Source of the DNA: Candidatus Jordarchaeales archaeon
GTDB lineage: Archaea; Asgardarchaeota; Jordiarchaeia; Jordiarchaeales; Freyrarchaeaceae
Direction of reading: 5' to 3'
Assembly: GCA_038858525.1 (NCBI GenBank)
Contig: JAWCFL010000012.1
Span: forward strand, 1-32,000
DNA: 32,000 nt
The notes beneath the pieces are model-generated. The model saw only the letters and a program-made list of their open reading frames with translations. It did not search any database and was not told the DNA's origin. Positions 10,968 through 19,503 of the stretch are shown piece by piece (position 1 is the stretch's first letter; the number at the start of each line of letters is the position of its first letter). A program made the position numbers and the translations under genes.

Positions 10968-11723
10968 ATATCCGAGCTGGTCGCCGTTCTGACCGTTCAC
11001 AAGGCCGTTCTTGTTCTTAAACTCTTTAAGATTAACATTCAGCTTGAAGTTGTCCCGCAGAATCCTAGCCAAAGCGTATGAGGCTCTAGCGTCCCTCTCA
11101 AGGACACTAAGAGTTTCTGAAAGCAGTATTAATCCACTAATTCCGTAAAGACTGCTAGCGAAACATGGAACCAAACCATTCATCCCTATTACGACTCCCT
11201 CCCTAAGAACCTCCACCGGTAAACCGCTGTACTTCTCGAGTAGATCAGCACTAGTAGCCGTCACGAAAACGCGGGGTTTACTACTTAGCCTCTCAACAGG
11301 CATCGCACCTAAGGATACCACCAGCTTAACGTTTAACTCGTGCAGCAGACTAGCTATGTGCTTCGAAAGGACGTTCACACCTATGTTTGAAGTAGGTTGA
11401 GCGTCGCCCGTCAGAAGGAAAACGTTGCTTCCAGCTCTTTCGTCCCGGTAAAAGTATACTTCGCTCTTCAGTGCCTTCACGCGCCCAGCATCGTCGACGG
11501 AAACATGCGAGGGAAAATCTGAAAAGTAGACTTGGAAGACCCTCCTCGCGTCATTATACTCGACAAGGAAGTCAACCACAGCTTTCCCCACGTTCGCTAT
11601 TCCAGGCATTCCCTGAACGCAAACGGCTTCTCTCACGTCTCTTAATGAGTCCTTTAATGATTCGTCCTTAACTTTTAGTATGGCGAACTTGTTAACCTCT
11701 AAGCTGAGAGACACTGGTTTCAC
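10959..11723 (-). CDS. PAC2-family proteasome assembly chaperone (DUF75)
   Basis: QGMPGIANVGKAVVDFL, FSDFPSHV, LLTGDAQP, VSLGA, GMNGLV and DARAS motifs. Confidence 0.85.
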   Translation of the reverse strand: MKPVSLSLEVNKFAILKVKDESLKDSLRDVREAVCVQGMPGIANVGKAVVDFLVEYNDARRVFQVYFSDFPSHVSVDDAGRVKALKSEVYFYRDERAGSNVFLLTGDAQPTSNIGVNVLSKHIASLLHELNVKLVVSLGAMPVERLSSKPRVFVTATSADLLEKYSGLPVEVLREGVVIGMNGLVPCFASSLYGISGLILLSETLSVLERDARASYALARILRDNFKLNVNLKEFKNKNGLVNGQNGDQLGYLS

Positions 11724-11811
11724 CCTTCCGCAGGAGAAAACGACCTAGAAGGGCAACTTAAAGGTAAAAAACTTATCTATTATCTCGGTTAATCCCTCCG
11801 GGTGGATTAAA

Positions 11812-12417
11812 ATGAGAAGACTGAAGCGAGGTGTACTGATAGTCTTTGAGGGAATAGATGGTGCTGGAAAGACCACTCATGCCAAGTTGCTTGAGGAATG
11901 GTTGAGGAAAGAAGGGTATGTCGTATCGCTGACTAAAGAGCCGACGGACGGAGAAATAGGCTCTCTAATTCGTGGGCATTTGCGAAGAAAGGATTTTCAT
12001 CCAGCTACTTTAGCTCTCCTGTTCGCGGCTGATAGATTGGAACACACGGAGAAGGAGTTAAAGCCAAGGATAGAGTCGGGTGAGATCATCATCTCGGACC
12101 GCTATGTTGAGTCATCCATCTGTTACCAAGCAGCTGACGGCGTGGATGCAGAGTGGATTGAAAGCATAAATAAGTGGGCGTTGAGCGCGGACTTAACTAT
12201 CCTGCTCGACGTTGACGTCCAAACTGCCATGAAGAGGATGAAGGATAAAGTGAAAGATAGGTACGAGGAGTGGGGCTTCCTTGAAAGAGTTAGAAAAATC
12301 TACCTTGAGAGAGCTAGAAATAAGGGATACTCGATAATTAACGCTACCTCTCCCGTGATGGAGGTGCAGATTGAAATAAGAAAGCTTGTTGCTTGCCTCA
12401 TGGAAGAAAAACAGTGA
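11812..12417 (+). CDS. tmk: Thymidylate kinase
   Basis: FEGIDGAGKTT P-loop, KEPT, LLFAADR and IISDRYVESS. Confidence 0.95.
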   Translation: MRRLKRGVLIVFEGIDGAGKTTHAKLLEEWLRKEGYVVSLTKEPTDGEIGSLIRGHLRRKDFHPATLALLFAADRLEHTEKELKPRIESGEIIISDRYVESSICYQAADGVDAEWIESINKWALSADLTILLDVDVQTAMKRMKDKVKDRYEEWGFLERVRKIYLERARNKGYSIINATSPVMEVQIEIRKLVACLMEEKQ

Positions 12418-12449
12418 AAGATTTATTTCGGACGGATGTGAAATCCGCT

Positions 12450-12510
12450 CTGGCGATGAAGAACTAAAAATCCCTGACCTAGATGAGGAGCGACAGGCGG
12501 TCTGAGCCGT
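12450..12510 (+). ncRNA. Box C/D 2'-O-methylation guide sRNA
   Basis: C box GCGATGA (12453-12459), D' CTGA (12474-12477), C' TAGATGA (12480-12486), D CTGA (12502-12505), with typical spacing. The D guide is complementary at 14 of 15 nt to 16S 5424-5438. Confidence 0.85.
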
Positions 12511-12537
12511 AACAACTATTAAGTCTAAGGTATTCCT

Positions 12538-12912
12538 TTATTCTTCTTCGAGTAGCCTCTTAACTTCTTCTGATACGCGCTTTAAGACCATGAGTATTAG
12601 TCCTAAGTTCGCATTGCTTCTTGCAAGAACCGTTAACAAGGCACTTTCTCCAGCACCCTTAATGATCACGTAGCCTAAGTCTCCCTGCAACAGAACTTGC
12701 TGCAACTTCCCTCTAACTAATTCATTGCTGACCTTTTCTGAGACGCTAAGAATGGCTGATGCCATAGCGGCAACAACAGCGTCGTCGACCTCCTGAGGCA
12801 TGGCTGACGCTATTGGGAGCCCCTCCGTGCTGACCACCGCGCTAGCCTCTATGCCGGGGGTTGTAGCCTCCATGTTTCGAAGCAGCTCCAAAAGTTCATC
12901 GATCTTTGTCAA
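12538..12912 (-). CDS. Roadblock/LC7 (MglB-like) domain protein
   Basis: PGIEASAVVSTEGLPIASAMP..VAAMASAILS..GDLGYVIIKGAGESALLTV, the classic roadblock pattern. Confidence 0.9.
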   Translation of the reverse strand: MTKIDELLELLRNMEATTPGIEASAVVSTEGLPIASAMPQEVDDAVVAAMASAILSVSEKVSNELVRGKLQQVLLQGDLGYVIIKGAGESALLTVLARSNANLGLILMVLKRVSEEVKRLLEEE

Positions 12913-13132
12913 GGCATCCCCTCACGCAACATCTTCGGAAGAGAATTCCATCAATCAGCTTCATGATTACGGTATCTTAAAAAGTTATTGTCACTTTCTT
13001 TCCTTTAGGAAGAAAAGTGAAAAGGAATTTCCTGCATTATCTTAAATTCTTTCATTGAGTGTTGTTGAAAACGGTTAAATAAAGCCTTTAGTCCTTAACG
13101 AAGGACGTATAACAATAAGGGGAGTGATGTAA

Positions 13133-14059
13133 GTGGCCGGCGGGAAGGTTAAGAGCGACGAAGAAGAGCAGATGAGCGCTTTAGAGAAGCACCGCCATGC
13201 TGGAAAAGTTGTGAGAGAGGTTAAGGAGGCGCTCGGTGGCCTCGTTAGGCCCGGAGTTAAGTGCATCGAGATATGCGAGGCTGTCGAACGCTTAATAGTG
13301 GAGAAGGGAGGTAAGCCTGCGTTTCCCTGCAATATTTCGATAAACAATGTCGCAGCACATTACACTTCGCCCCCTGGAGACAACTTGACTATAAGTGAGG
13401 GGGACGTAGTTAAGGTTGACTTTGGCGTGCACGTGGACGGCTACGTTGCAGATACAGCTGTGACTTTCTGCATGAACAAGGAGGCTGAAAGACTTGTGGA
13501 GGCTGCAAGAGAAGCGTTGAAGACCGCCATCCAGCTGATAGCTCCAGGAGTTGAAACGAACGCCGTGGGGAGGGAGATCGAGAAGGTGATAAGAGACTAT
13601 GATTATCGCCCCATACGCGAGCTTTCAGGCCACATTTTAGAGCAGTACGTTCTTCACGGGTCTAAAGTGATCCCCAACATCGCATTGCCGCATGGTGCAT
13701 CGATAAATGAGGGTGAAGTTTACGCTGTTGAAGTATTCGCCTCAACGGGGTCTGGAAGCGTAAGCGAGACGCCTTACGCTTATATTTTCAGCCTTCAGCC
13801 GTTCTTCGTTCCGTTAAGGCTTAAGGAAGCAAGGAGGATAGTCATGATAGTTGAGGAAGAATATAAGACGCTGCCTTTCGCTGAACGGTGGCTGGCTACC
13901 CGTTTTTCAAGGGGGAAGCTGAGGTTCGCGTTGAGGGAACTGATATCTAAAGGAGCTCTGCGCCAGTATAGGGTGCTCTCCGACAGGAAGGGAAGCTATG
14001 TTGCCCAAGCAGAGGAGACCGTGATAGTTACAGGCAGTGGATGTGAAGTCATAACTTAG
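13133..14059 (+). CDS. map: Methionine aminopeptidase type II
   Basis: PAFPCNISINNVAAHYT, KVDFGVHVDGYVADTA, LSGH, AVEVFAS and AQAEETVIV. Confidence 0.95.
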   Translation: MAGGKVKSDEEEQMSALEKHRHAGKVVREVKEALGGLVRPGVKCIEICEAVERLIVEKGGKPAFPCNISINNVAAHYTSPPGDNLTISEGDVVKVDFGVHVDGYVADTAVTFCMNKEAERLVEAAREALKTAIQLIAPGVETNAVGREIEKVIRDYDYRPIRELSGHILEQYVLHGSKVIPNIALPHGASINEGEVYAVEVFASTGSGSVSETPYAYIFSLQPFFVPLRLKEARRIVMIVEEEYKTLPFAERWLATRFSRGKLRFALRELISKGALRQYRVLSDRKGSYVAQAEETVIVTGSGCEVIT

Positions 14060-14067
14060 GTGATGGC

Positions 14068-15378
14068 TTGCCGATAGAAGTCACGTTTCTGGGTGGAGCT
14101 AGACAAGTTGGGCGTTCTTGCGTGCTTGTAAAGGCTGGTGGTAGAAACATAATGCTGGACGCAGGGGTTGACGTAGGAGTAATCGAGGACCCTTTCCCCC
14201 TTGAGCCACCTGAACATCCCGACGTTCTTTTACTTACGCACGCGCACCTAGACCATGCAGGATATGTTCCGCATGTGGTGTCAAAATACCGGACGCCACT
14301 TATAGGGACTCCGCCCACACAGGACTTGTCTGAAACGTTAAACGTCGACTACTTAAAACTCAAGAAGGACGAAGCGCCATACACGTTTGCCGACGTCATG
14401 AACGTCAGAAAGCACTCTGTTGACGTGCTGTATAAGCAGCCTATGCACCTTGGAGGCGGAGTAGAGGCAGTTCTCCTTAGGGCGGGGCATATTCTTGGAA
14501 GCGCAATGATCCGGCTTAAAGCGGAAGGACATGTTGTTCTGTATACTGGAGATATATGTGCTAGAAACACAAGAACGCAGACCATGATTGACCTCTCAAT
14601 GAGCGACGCGGACACCGTAATAATAGAGTCAACTTACTCTTCGCCCTCCGATCAGCATCAAAGCCTCCAGAAAACAGAGAGAGACTTCGCATTAGCAGTT
14701 ACGGAGACACTAAACGAAAACGGCGTAGTCCTGATACCGGTGTTCGCCGTGGGGCGAGCGCAGGAGGTCATGCTGTGCCTTGAGGCATACATAAGAAGCG
14801 GAGTTGTGCCTAAAGTCCCCATATTCATAGATGGCATGATACGTAAAGTTAACGTCATATACCGCATGTATTGGGAGCACTTGAGCGACCCTATTAAAAA
14901 GCAGATCCGTTATACTAAGCAGAACCCATTGGAGTCCGAAATGTTCATCGATGTCGAGGAAAGAAAGGACCTGGTGAAGATGAAAAAACCCATGATAATA
15001 ATTAGCACCTCTGGCATGCTGGAGGGAGGCCCCATAGTTTACTATCTGAAAAAGTTTGGTGATGACCCGAAAAACTTGATATGCCTTACAGGGTACCAGG
15101 TTCCCGGAACACGAGGACGCATGCTTTATGACGGGCTACGAGAGCTTGAGCTTGAAGGAGAAAAAGTCAAGGTGGAGGCTAAAGTCGCCTTCTTCGACTT
15201 CAGCGCTCACGCAGATTATCCTGGGCTACTAAGGCTCCTCAGTGCTTTCAAGAACCTCGAAAGAGTTATTTGCATCCATGGTGAGGAAAGAAAGATAATT
15301 AACTTCTGCGAGAGGCTGGAATCGATAAGAAAAGTCGAAGCGTATGCTCCTCATAATGGCGAGACCATAAAGCTTTAA
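14068..15378 (+). CDS. MBL-fold beta-CASP ribonuclease (aCPSF-like, short form without KH domains)
   Basis: LTHAHLDH, AGHILGS, YTGD, PVFAVGRAQE, FSAHAD and IHGE. Confidence 0.9.
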   Translation: MPIEVTFLGGARQVGRSCVLVKAGGRNIMLDAGVDVGVIEDPFPLEPPEHPDVLLLTHAHLDHAGYVPHVVSKYRTPLIGTPPTQDLSETLNVDYLKLKKDEAPYTFADVMNVRKHSVDVLYKQPMHLGGGVEAVLLRAGHILGSAMIRLKAEGHVVLYTGDICARNTRTQTMIDLSMSDADTVIIESTYSSPSDQHQSLQKTERDFALAVTETLNENGVVLIPVFAVGRAQEVMLCLEAYIRSGVVPKVPIFIDGMIRKVNVIYRMYWEHLSDPIKKQIRYTKQNPLESEMFIDVEERKDLVKMKKPMIIISTSGMLEGGPIVYYLKKFGDDPKNLICLTGYQVPGTRGRMLYDGLRELELEGEKVKVEAKVAFFDFSAHADYPGLLRLLSAFKNLERVICIHGEERKIINFCERLESIRKVEAYAPHNGETIKL

Positions 15379-15403
15379 CGTTTTAGCTTCCCTTTTGGCT
15401 TCC

Positions 15404-16954
15404 TTAACTTTTAAGGGCTTCTAAAGCGTTAAGGCTTAATCTCCCCTCGGAAAGGTCGAGGAGTATTCTTGGAACAAGCTCAGCTTTAACGCGAACTTGG
15501 TTTCTCGTGTCCCTATTGCGCAGAGTAACAGTGCCGTCATCTATCGTCTGGTAGTCTATGGTTACGCATACTGGGACTCCTATTTCATCAGCTCTCGCGT
15601 ATCTTTTACCTATGGAGCCTCTATCGTCGTACTCGACGAAAACCCCGCTTTTCCTAGCTGCTCTGAACATTTCTTTGGCCTTGGACACTAGAGGCTCCTT
15701 CTTCATTAGGGGAAGGATTAACGCTGTTACGGGCGCTATCTCTGGCGGGAACTGGAACCAGCTCCATCCCCTTCCATCATCCTCTCTGTAACAGTACTCT
15801 AGTATGCAGTAAACTATTCTCTCAACGCCGAAGGAAGGCTCGACGACCTCTGGAACCACTTTTTCTCCGTCCACGTCAACCGAGAGGTCTTCACCACTAT
15901 GCCTCATATGGCTCCTGAGGTCATGATCCGTTCTGTAAGCGTTACCAACAACTTCCTTGACCCCAATGCTTAACTCAACTTCAAGGTCGAAGTTTCCTCC
16001 AGAATAGAACGGGGTTTCCTCAGGCATCATGTGCCTGAAGTAGAATTTATCCCGCGGGATACCGATCCTCTCGAAGAACTCTGTCTCCTTTGAAAGGTAA
16101 TACGCCATGTAGGCGTTAGGAACTACACCCTTCTCGACGGACTCCTTAACGGTGACTTCGACAGCTTCTTCCCCCTTAAGTTGTCCCTCCCTCGTCAAAA
16201 TCCTAAATTTAGAGTCCGCAACTCCCTCAATCCCGGGGTGATTATTAACCTCTTTCGGATTTATGAAGACTTCAATTTCCATCTGGGTGAACTCACGTAG
16301 ACGGATCAAACCTTGCCTAGGCGATATCTCGTTTCTATACGCCTTACCTACCTGAGCAAGCCCAAATGGTAGCTTTCCCCTCATAGCTTGAAAGGCTTTT
16401 TTAAAGTCTATGAAGATTACTTGAGCGGTCTCAGGCCTCAGAAATGCTGCCTTGCCGCCGAGAGGGCCGATCTCCGTTTTAAACATCAAGTTGAAAAGCG
16501 TAACCTCAGAGAGCTCGCCCCCACAGTTAGGGCAACGTAAACCATTTTCGCGTATCATCCGGTTTAGCTCATCTACGGTGGCCCCCTCAACTCGGACACC
16601 TAACTTTTCCTCGACTAAGTGATCCGCCCTCATCTTTGCCTTACACTTCAAGCAGGCGACTAATGGGTCAACGAATGAATCGACGTGGCCGGAGGCAACC
16701 AGAACTTCGTATGGGAGAATGGTTGCCCCGCTTACCTCATAAACCGGAAAATTTGTCTCCTCAATTATGAAGAATCTTCGCCAAAGGTCAATCAGCCTCT
16801 TAACTAAGAGAGTTCCCAATGGGCCAAAATCATAGATGCCAGCTATTCCACCGTATATTTCTGCTGTCGGAATAACGAATCCTCTGTGAAGTGCTAGAGT
16901 CCAGACCTTCTCGAATAAGCTTTTACCCTCAGAACTTTTTTCTGCACGTTCCAA
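15404..16954 (-). CDS. glyS: Glycine--tRNA ligase (archaeal/eukaryotic homodimeric type)
   Basis: IYDFGPLG, FLRPETAQ, YRNEISPRQGLIRLREFTQMEIE, EPSFGVER and GKRYARADEIG. Confidence 0.96.
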   Translation of the reverse strand: MERAEKSSEGKSLFEKVWTLALHRGFVIPTAEIYGGIAGIYDFGPLGTLLVKRLIDLWRRFFIIEETNFPVYEVSGATILPYEVLVASGHVDSFVDPLVACLKCKAKMRADHLVEEKLGVRVEGATVDELNRMIRENGLRCPNCGGELSEVTLFNLMFKTEIGPLGGKAAFLRPETAQVIFIDFKKAFQAMRGKLPFGLAQVGKAYRNEISPRQGLIRLREFTQMEIEVFINPKEVNNHPGIEGVADSKFRILTREGQLKGEEAVEVTVKESVEKGVVPNAYMAYYLSKETEFFERIGIPRDKFYFRHMMPEETPFYSGGNFDLEVELSIGVKEVVGNAYRTDHDLRSHMRHSGEDLSVDVDGEKVVPEVVEPSFGVERIVYCILEYCYREDDGRGWSWFQFPPEIAPVTALILPLMKKEPLVSKAKEMFRAARKSGVFVEYDDRGSIGKRYARADEIGVPVCVTIDYQTIDDGTVTLRNRDTRNQVRVKAELVPRILLDLSEGRLSLNALEALKS

Positions 16955-17032
16955 GCGGGCTCACCACCATCTACCGAGAAAGAAACACTTGAATAATAAA
17001 AACTTAAAGGGATTTAACAGGAAAAGGAGAAG

Positions 17033-17173
17033 TTATCTAGCTAAGACCTTTTTTGTTACTGGGGGCCTAGCCTTGTAAAGTATCCTGGAGCCGCACCTGC
17101 ACCTAACACCCTGAATACTGCTTAGCTCTTCATCCTTCAACTCTAGTCCACACTTCCCGCAGATATAAGGCAT
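17033..17173 (-). CDS. rpo12: DNA-directed RNA polymerase subunit Rpo12 (RpoP), 46 aa
   Basis: Hand translation: MPYICGKCGLELKDEELSSIQGVRCRCGSRILYKARPPVTKKVLAR*. GGTGA SD upstream. Too short for the ORF track. Confidence 0.9.
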   Translation of the reverse strand: MPYICGKCGLELKDEELSSIQGVRCRCGSRILYKARPPVTKKVLAR

Positions 17174-17581
17174 AACATCTCACCATCCCGACATCAATAT
17201 CCTCATTCTTCTCTCTTAATTTAAACCTTACCGGAAGAACCTAGCTCACTTTCAAACCGTTTTTCTCAAGCTGACTCTAAAAACCAAGTATTTCAAGTTA
17301 TAGAGACTGCTTAATCTTAGCTGGAAACTCCTGATAACCTTGAAGGCTCCTTTGATAGAGCCCTCAATTAAATTTGGAGAAAAACTCAGCAATCACACAG
17401 AACTCATTTTTAAGTATTTCTGGTTTGGGCGCTTACAATATTCTTCTCATTTCCGCTATGGAGAAGATTCAGCAGTCGTTTTCGTTTCTTCTCCACTTAA
17501 ATTACCTTCTTTTAATTTCCCTCTAAGCCGTACTGTTTATTATTCTATGTTTTGTTCTGCAAGTTTTCCACTAATGCGGCC

Positions 17582-19180
17582 CTATGATTCATTAAGCACG
17601 TTGCCCTCCACGAGCTTGTCTCCTAAAATATTTGTAACTCGTACTCTGACTATGTCTCCTATTGATGTGGCACCTGAAAGAATTATGGTTGGTCCCTCTC
17701 TTAGTGGGTAGCCTACAAGTCTATCCTTGAAGTTCCCCCTCCCTTTTTCGGCAACCACGACGTCGATTACCTTGCCAACCAGCTTCTTCTTCATTGCCCT
17801 GTTAATCTTTATCGCTTCTCTGACAATTATGCCTCCAGCCTTACTTCTAGTTGCAGGAGGTGCCTCCTTGAATCCTTCAAAAGCAGACATTGGGAGGGGT
17901 TTAAACCTGTAAACAGTTATCTTTTCTGCTCCAAGCCTCGCCACTTCACGCATCATTTTTACTGTTTTGCGGGCTGACTTAAGGGTTTGACCAGGAAGAC
18001 CGTGAATGAAATAGACGTAGGGACGAAGCCCTTTCTTCACAGCTAAACTTACAGCCCCTAGAGTCTCGCTTGGAGTTGAGGGGCGCCCTAGGGCGGAGGC
18101 GTGATCCATGTCGCCTGTCTCTCCTCCGAGGTGTATCGTTGAACCAGGGAGGTATTCTGATATTATTGATGCGGCTTCCTCTGTGAAAAGGCATGGCTTA
18201 GCGTTCTCGACGCTCACGTAAACTTTACTTCCCGCTAAGTCCTTCAAGTTTGAAAGCAGTTCTTCTATACGGTCATAGTTCGGCTCTGGATTCCGTGGAT
18301 CGGATAATGGACCGCCGCCAACCCGTTCATCTCTATGGAAGTCTAGGAAGCAACTTGCCCCCAAGTATATCCTTCTCACGCCTTGCTCTAGGAGCCCTTC
18401 GACCTCACTTAAGATGCTTTCCACGTCTCTGCTTCTTGGAGGACCGTATACGTTGGGAACTGAGCAGTAGCCGCATCCAGGCGGTATATTGGCTGGGCAC
18501 GTAAGCCGGTCTTTTAAGGGTCCACTGGTGCACCGCCCGCACTCAACACATCTTCTTCCGTCTGGTAACGGGATCCTAGTTCTGTAAAAATTAGAGCACC
18601 CTCTAACACACCACACGTATACTCTGGCGACTTTGTAGAGTGGGTAGTCCTTTATCCGTTCAACAGAGGGCTCCCAGCGGCCAGTCGTACGTCTCACACC
18701 AGAGCAGAATGACCCAGAGGTCTTGAAGGTGAAGCTGACTCCATGTATCCTTCTTAGCTCTTCTTCGTCTGGAAGCTTCCCGTCTGACAGACCCTTCGCG
18801 AACAGGTCAGCCACAGTGTCCTCGGCTTCGCCAACCAAGACCAAGTCGTATCCTCCTTGGAGAAGCTTCTCAGCCTCAAGAGATGCTGGTCCACCAGCGA
18901 TGCATACACCGCCGTTCCAGCGCTTCCAGATCCTCGCAATTTTTGTCATCGCAGGTATGTCCATGCTCATGCCACCGCACATTAAAACGTCGAACTCTGA
19001 AAGCCTTGACCTAGCCTCGAAGAATGATTCGGGAACCATTATTTTGACGGTTCCACCCATTTTTTCGAGAACGCCAGCTATAACACGCGCCCCACTACCT
19101 ATTACATCCCTTGCAAGTCCTCTAATCCCACTACCGGCGCCGGTAGCGTCAACCAGCAAGAAACGAGTCGACGTTACCAT
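17582..19180 (-). CDS. B12-binding-domain radical SAM protein with a C-terminal TRAM-like domain
   Basis: IAGGPAS, DLVLVGEAE, RGC...GCGYCSVP, PRSRDVESILSEV, GGETGD and YFIHGLPG; beta-rich C-terminus. Probable ATG at 19180 with a GAGGA SD (ORF track 19330). Confidence 0.8.
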   Translation of the reverse strand: MVTSTRFLLVDATGAGSGIRGLARDVIGSGARVIAGVLEKMGGTVKIMVPESFFEARSRLSEFDVLMCGGMSMDIPAMTKIARIWKRWNGGVCIAGGPASLEAEKLLQGGYDLVLVGEAEDTVADLFAKGLSDGKLPDEEELRRIHGVSFTFKTSGSFCSGVRRTTGRWEPSVERIKDYPLYKVARVYVWCVRGCSNFYRTRIPLPDGRRCVECGRCTSGPLKDRLTCPANIPPGCGYCSVPNVYGPPRSRDVESILSEVEGLLEQGVRRIYLGASCFLDFHRDERVGGGPLSDPRNPEPNYDRIEELLSNLKDLAGSKVYVSVENAKPCLFTEEAASIISEYLPGSTIHLGGETGDMDHASALGRPSTPSETLGAVSLAVKKGLRPYVYFIHGLPGQTLKSARKTVKMMREVARLGAEKITVYRFKPLPMSAFEGFKEAPPATRSKAGGIIVREAIKINRAMKKKLVGKVIDVVVAEKGRGNFKDRLVGYPLREGPTIILSGATSIGDIVRVRVTNILGDKLVEGNVLNES

Positions 19181-19503
19181 CACATCATCCTCGTTAAAAA
19201 GGGAGAGAGTAAAAAGTTTTAAAAGTAATTTGAGAAAGTAAGCCGCCACCGCTAGAACTTTCGTTTTACCCTGCGGAGACAGTGAAACACGAGCCGCACG
19301 CGTCGCCAGAGAAAAAAAATAGGGGCTCATTTTTGAGGCATATGTATGCGTTTCTCTCAGGGGACGATAAAGTTGAACTTTGAGTTGTCATGAGCAAATT
19401 TTATTAAAAATTAAAACAACAGTATAACCTAAAATTTTCGTGGGGGAAACGCCGCCCTCTCGCAGAGAACTGGTTGGAGGAAGCATTTTTGTCGCGAAGA
19501 GGT

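Noticed and set aside
19235-19315. GC-rich patch with CCGC/GCGG followed by ACA, resembling an H/ACA hairpin
   Set aside because: No extended stem or K-turn could be built by eye.
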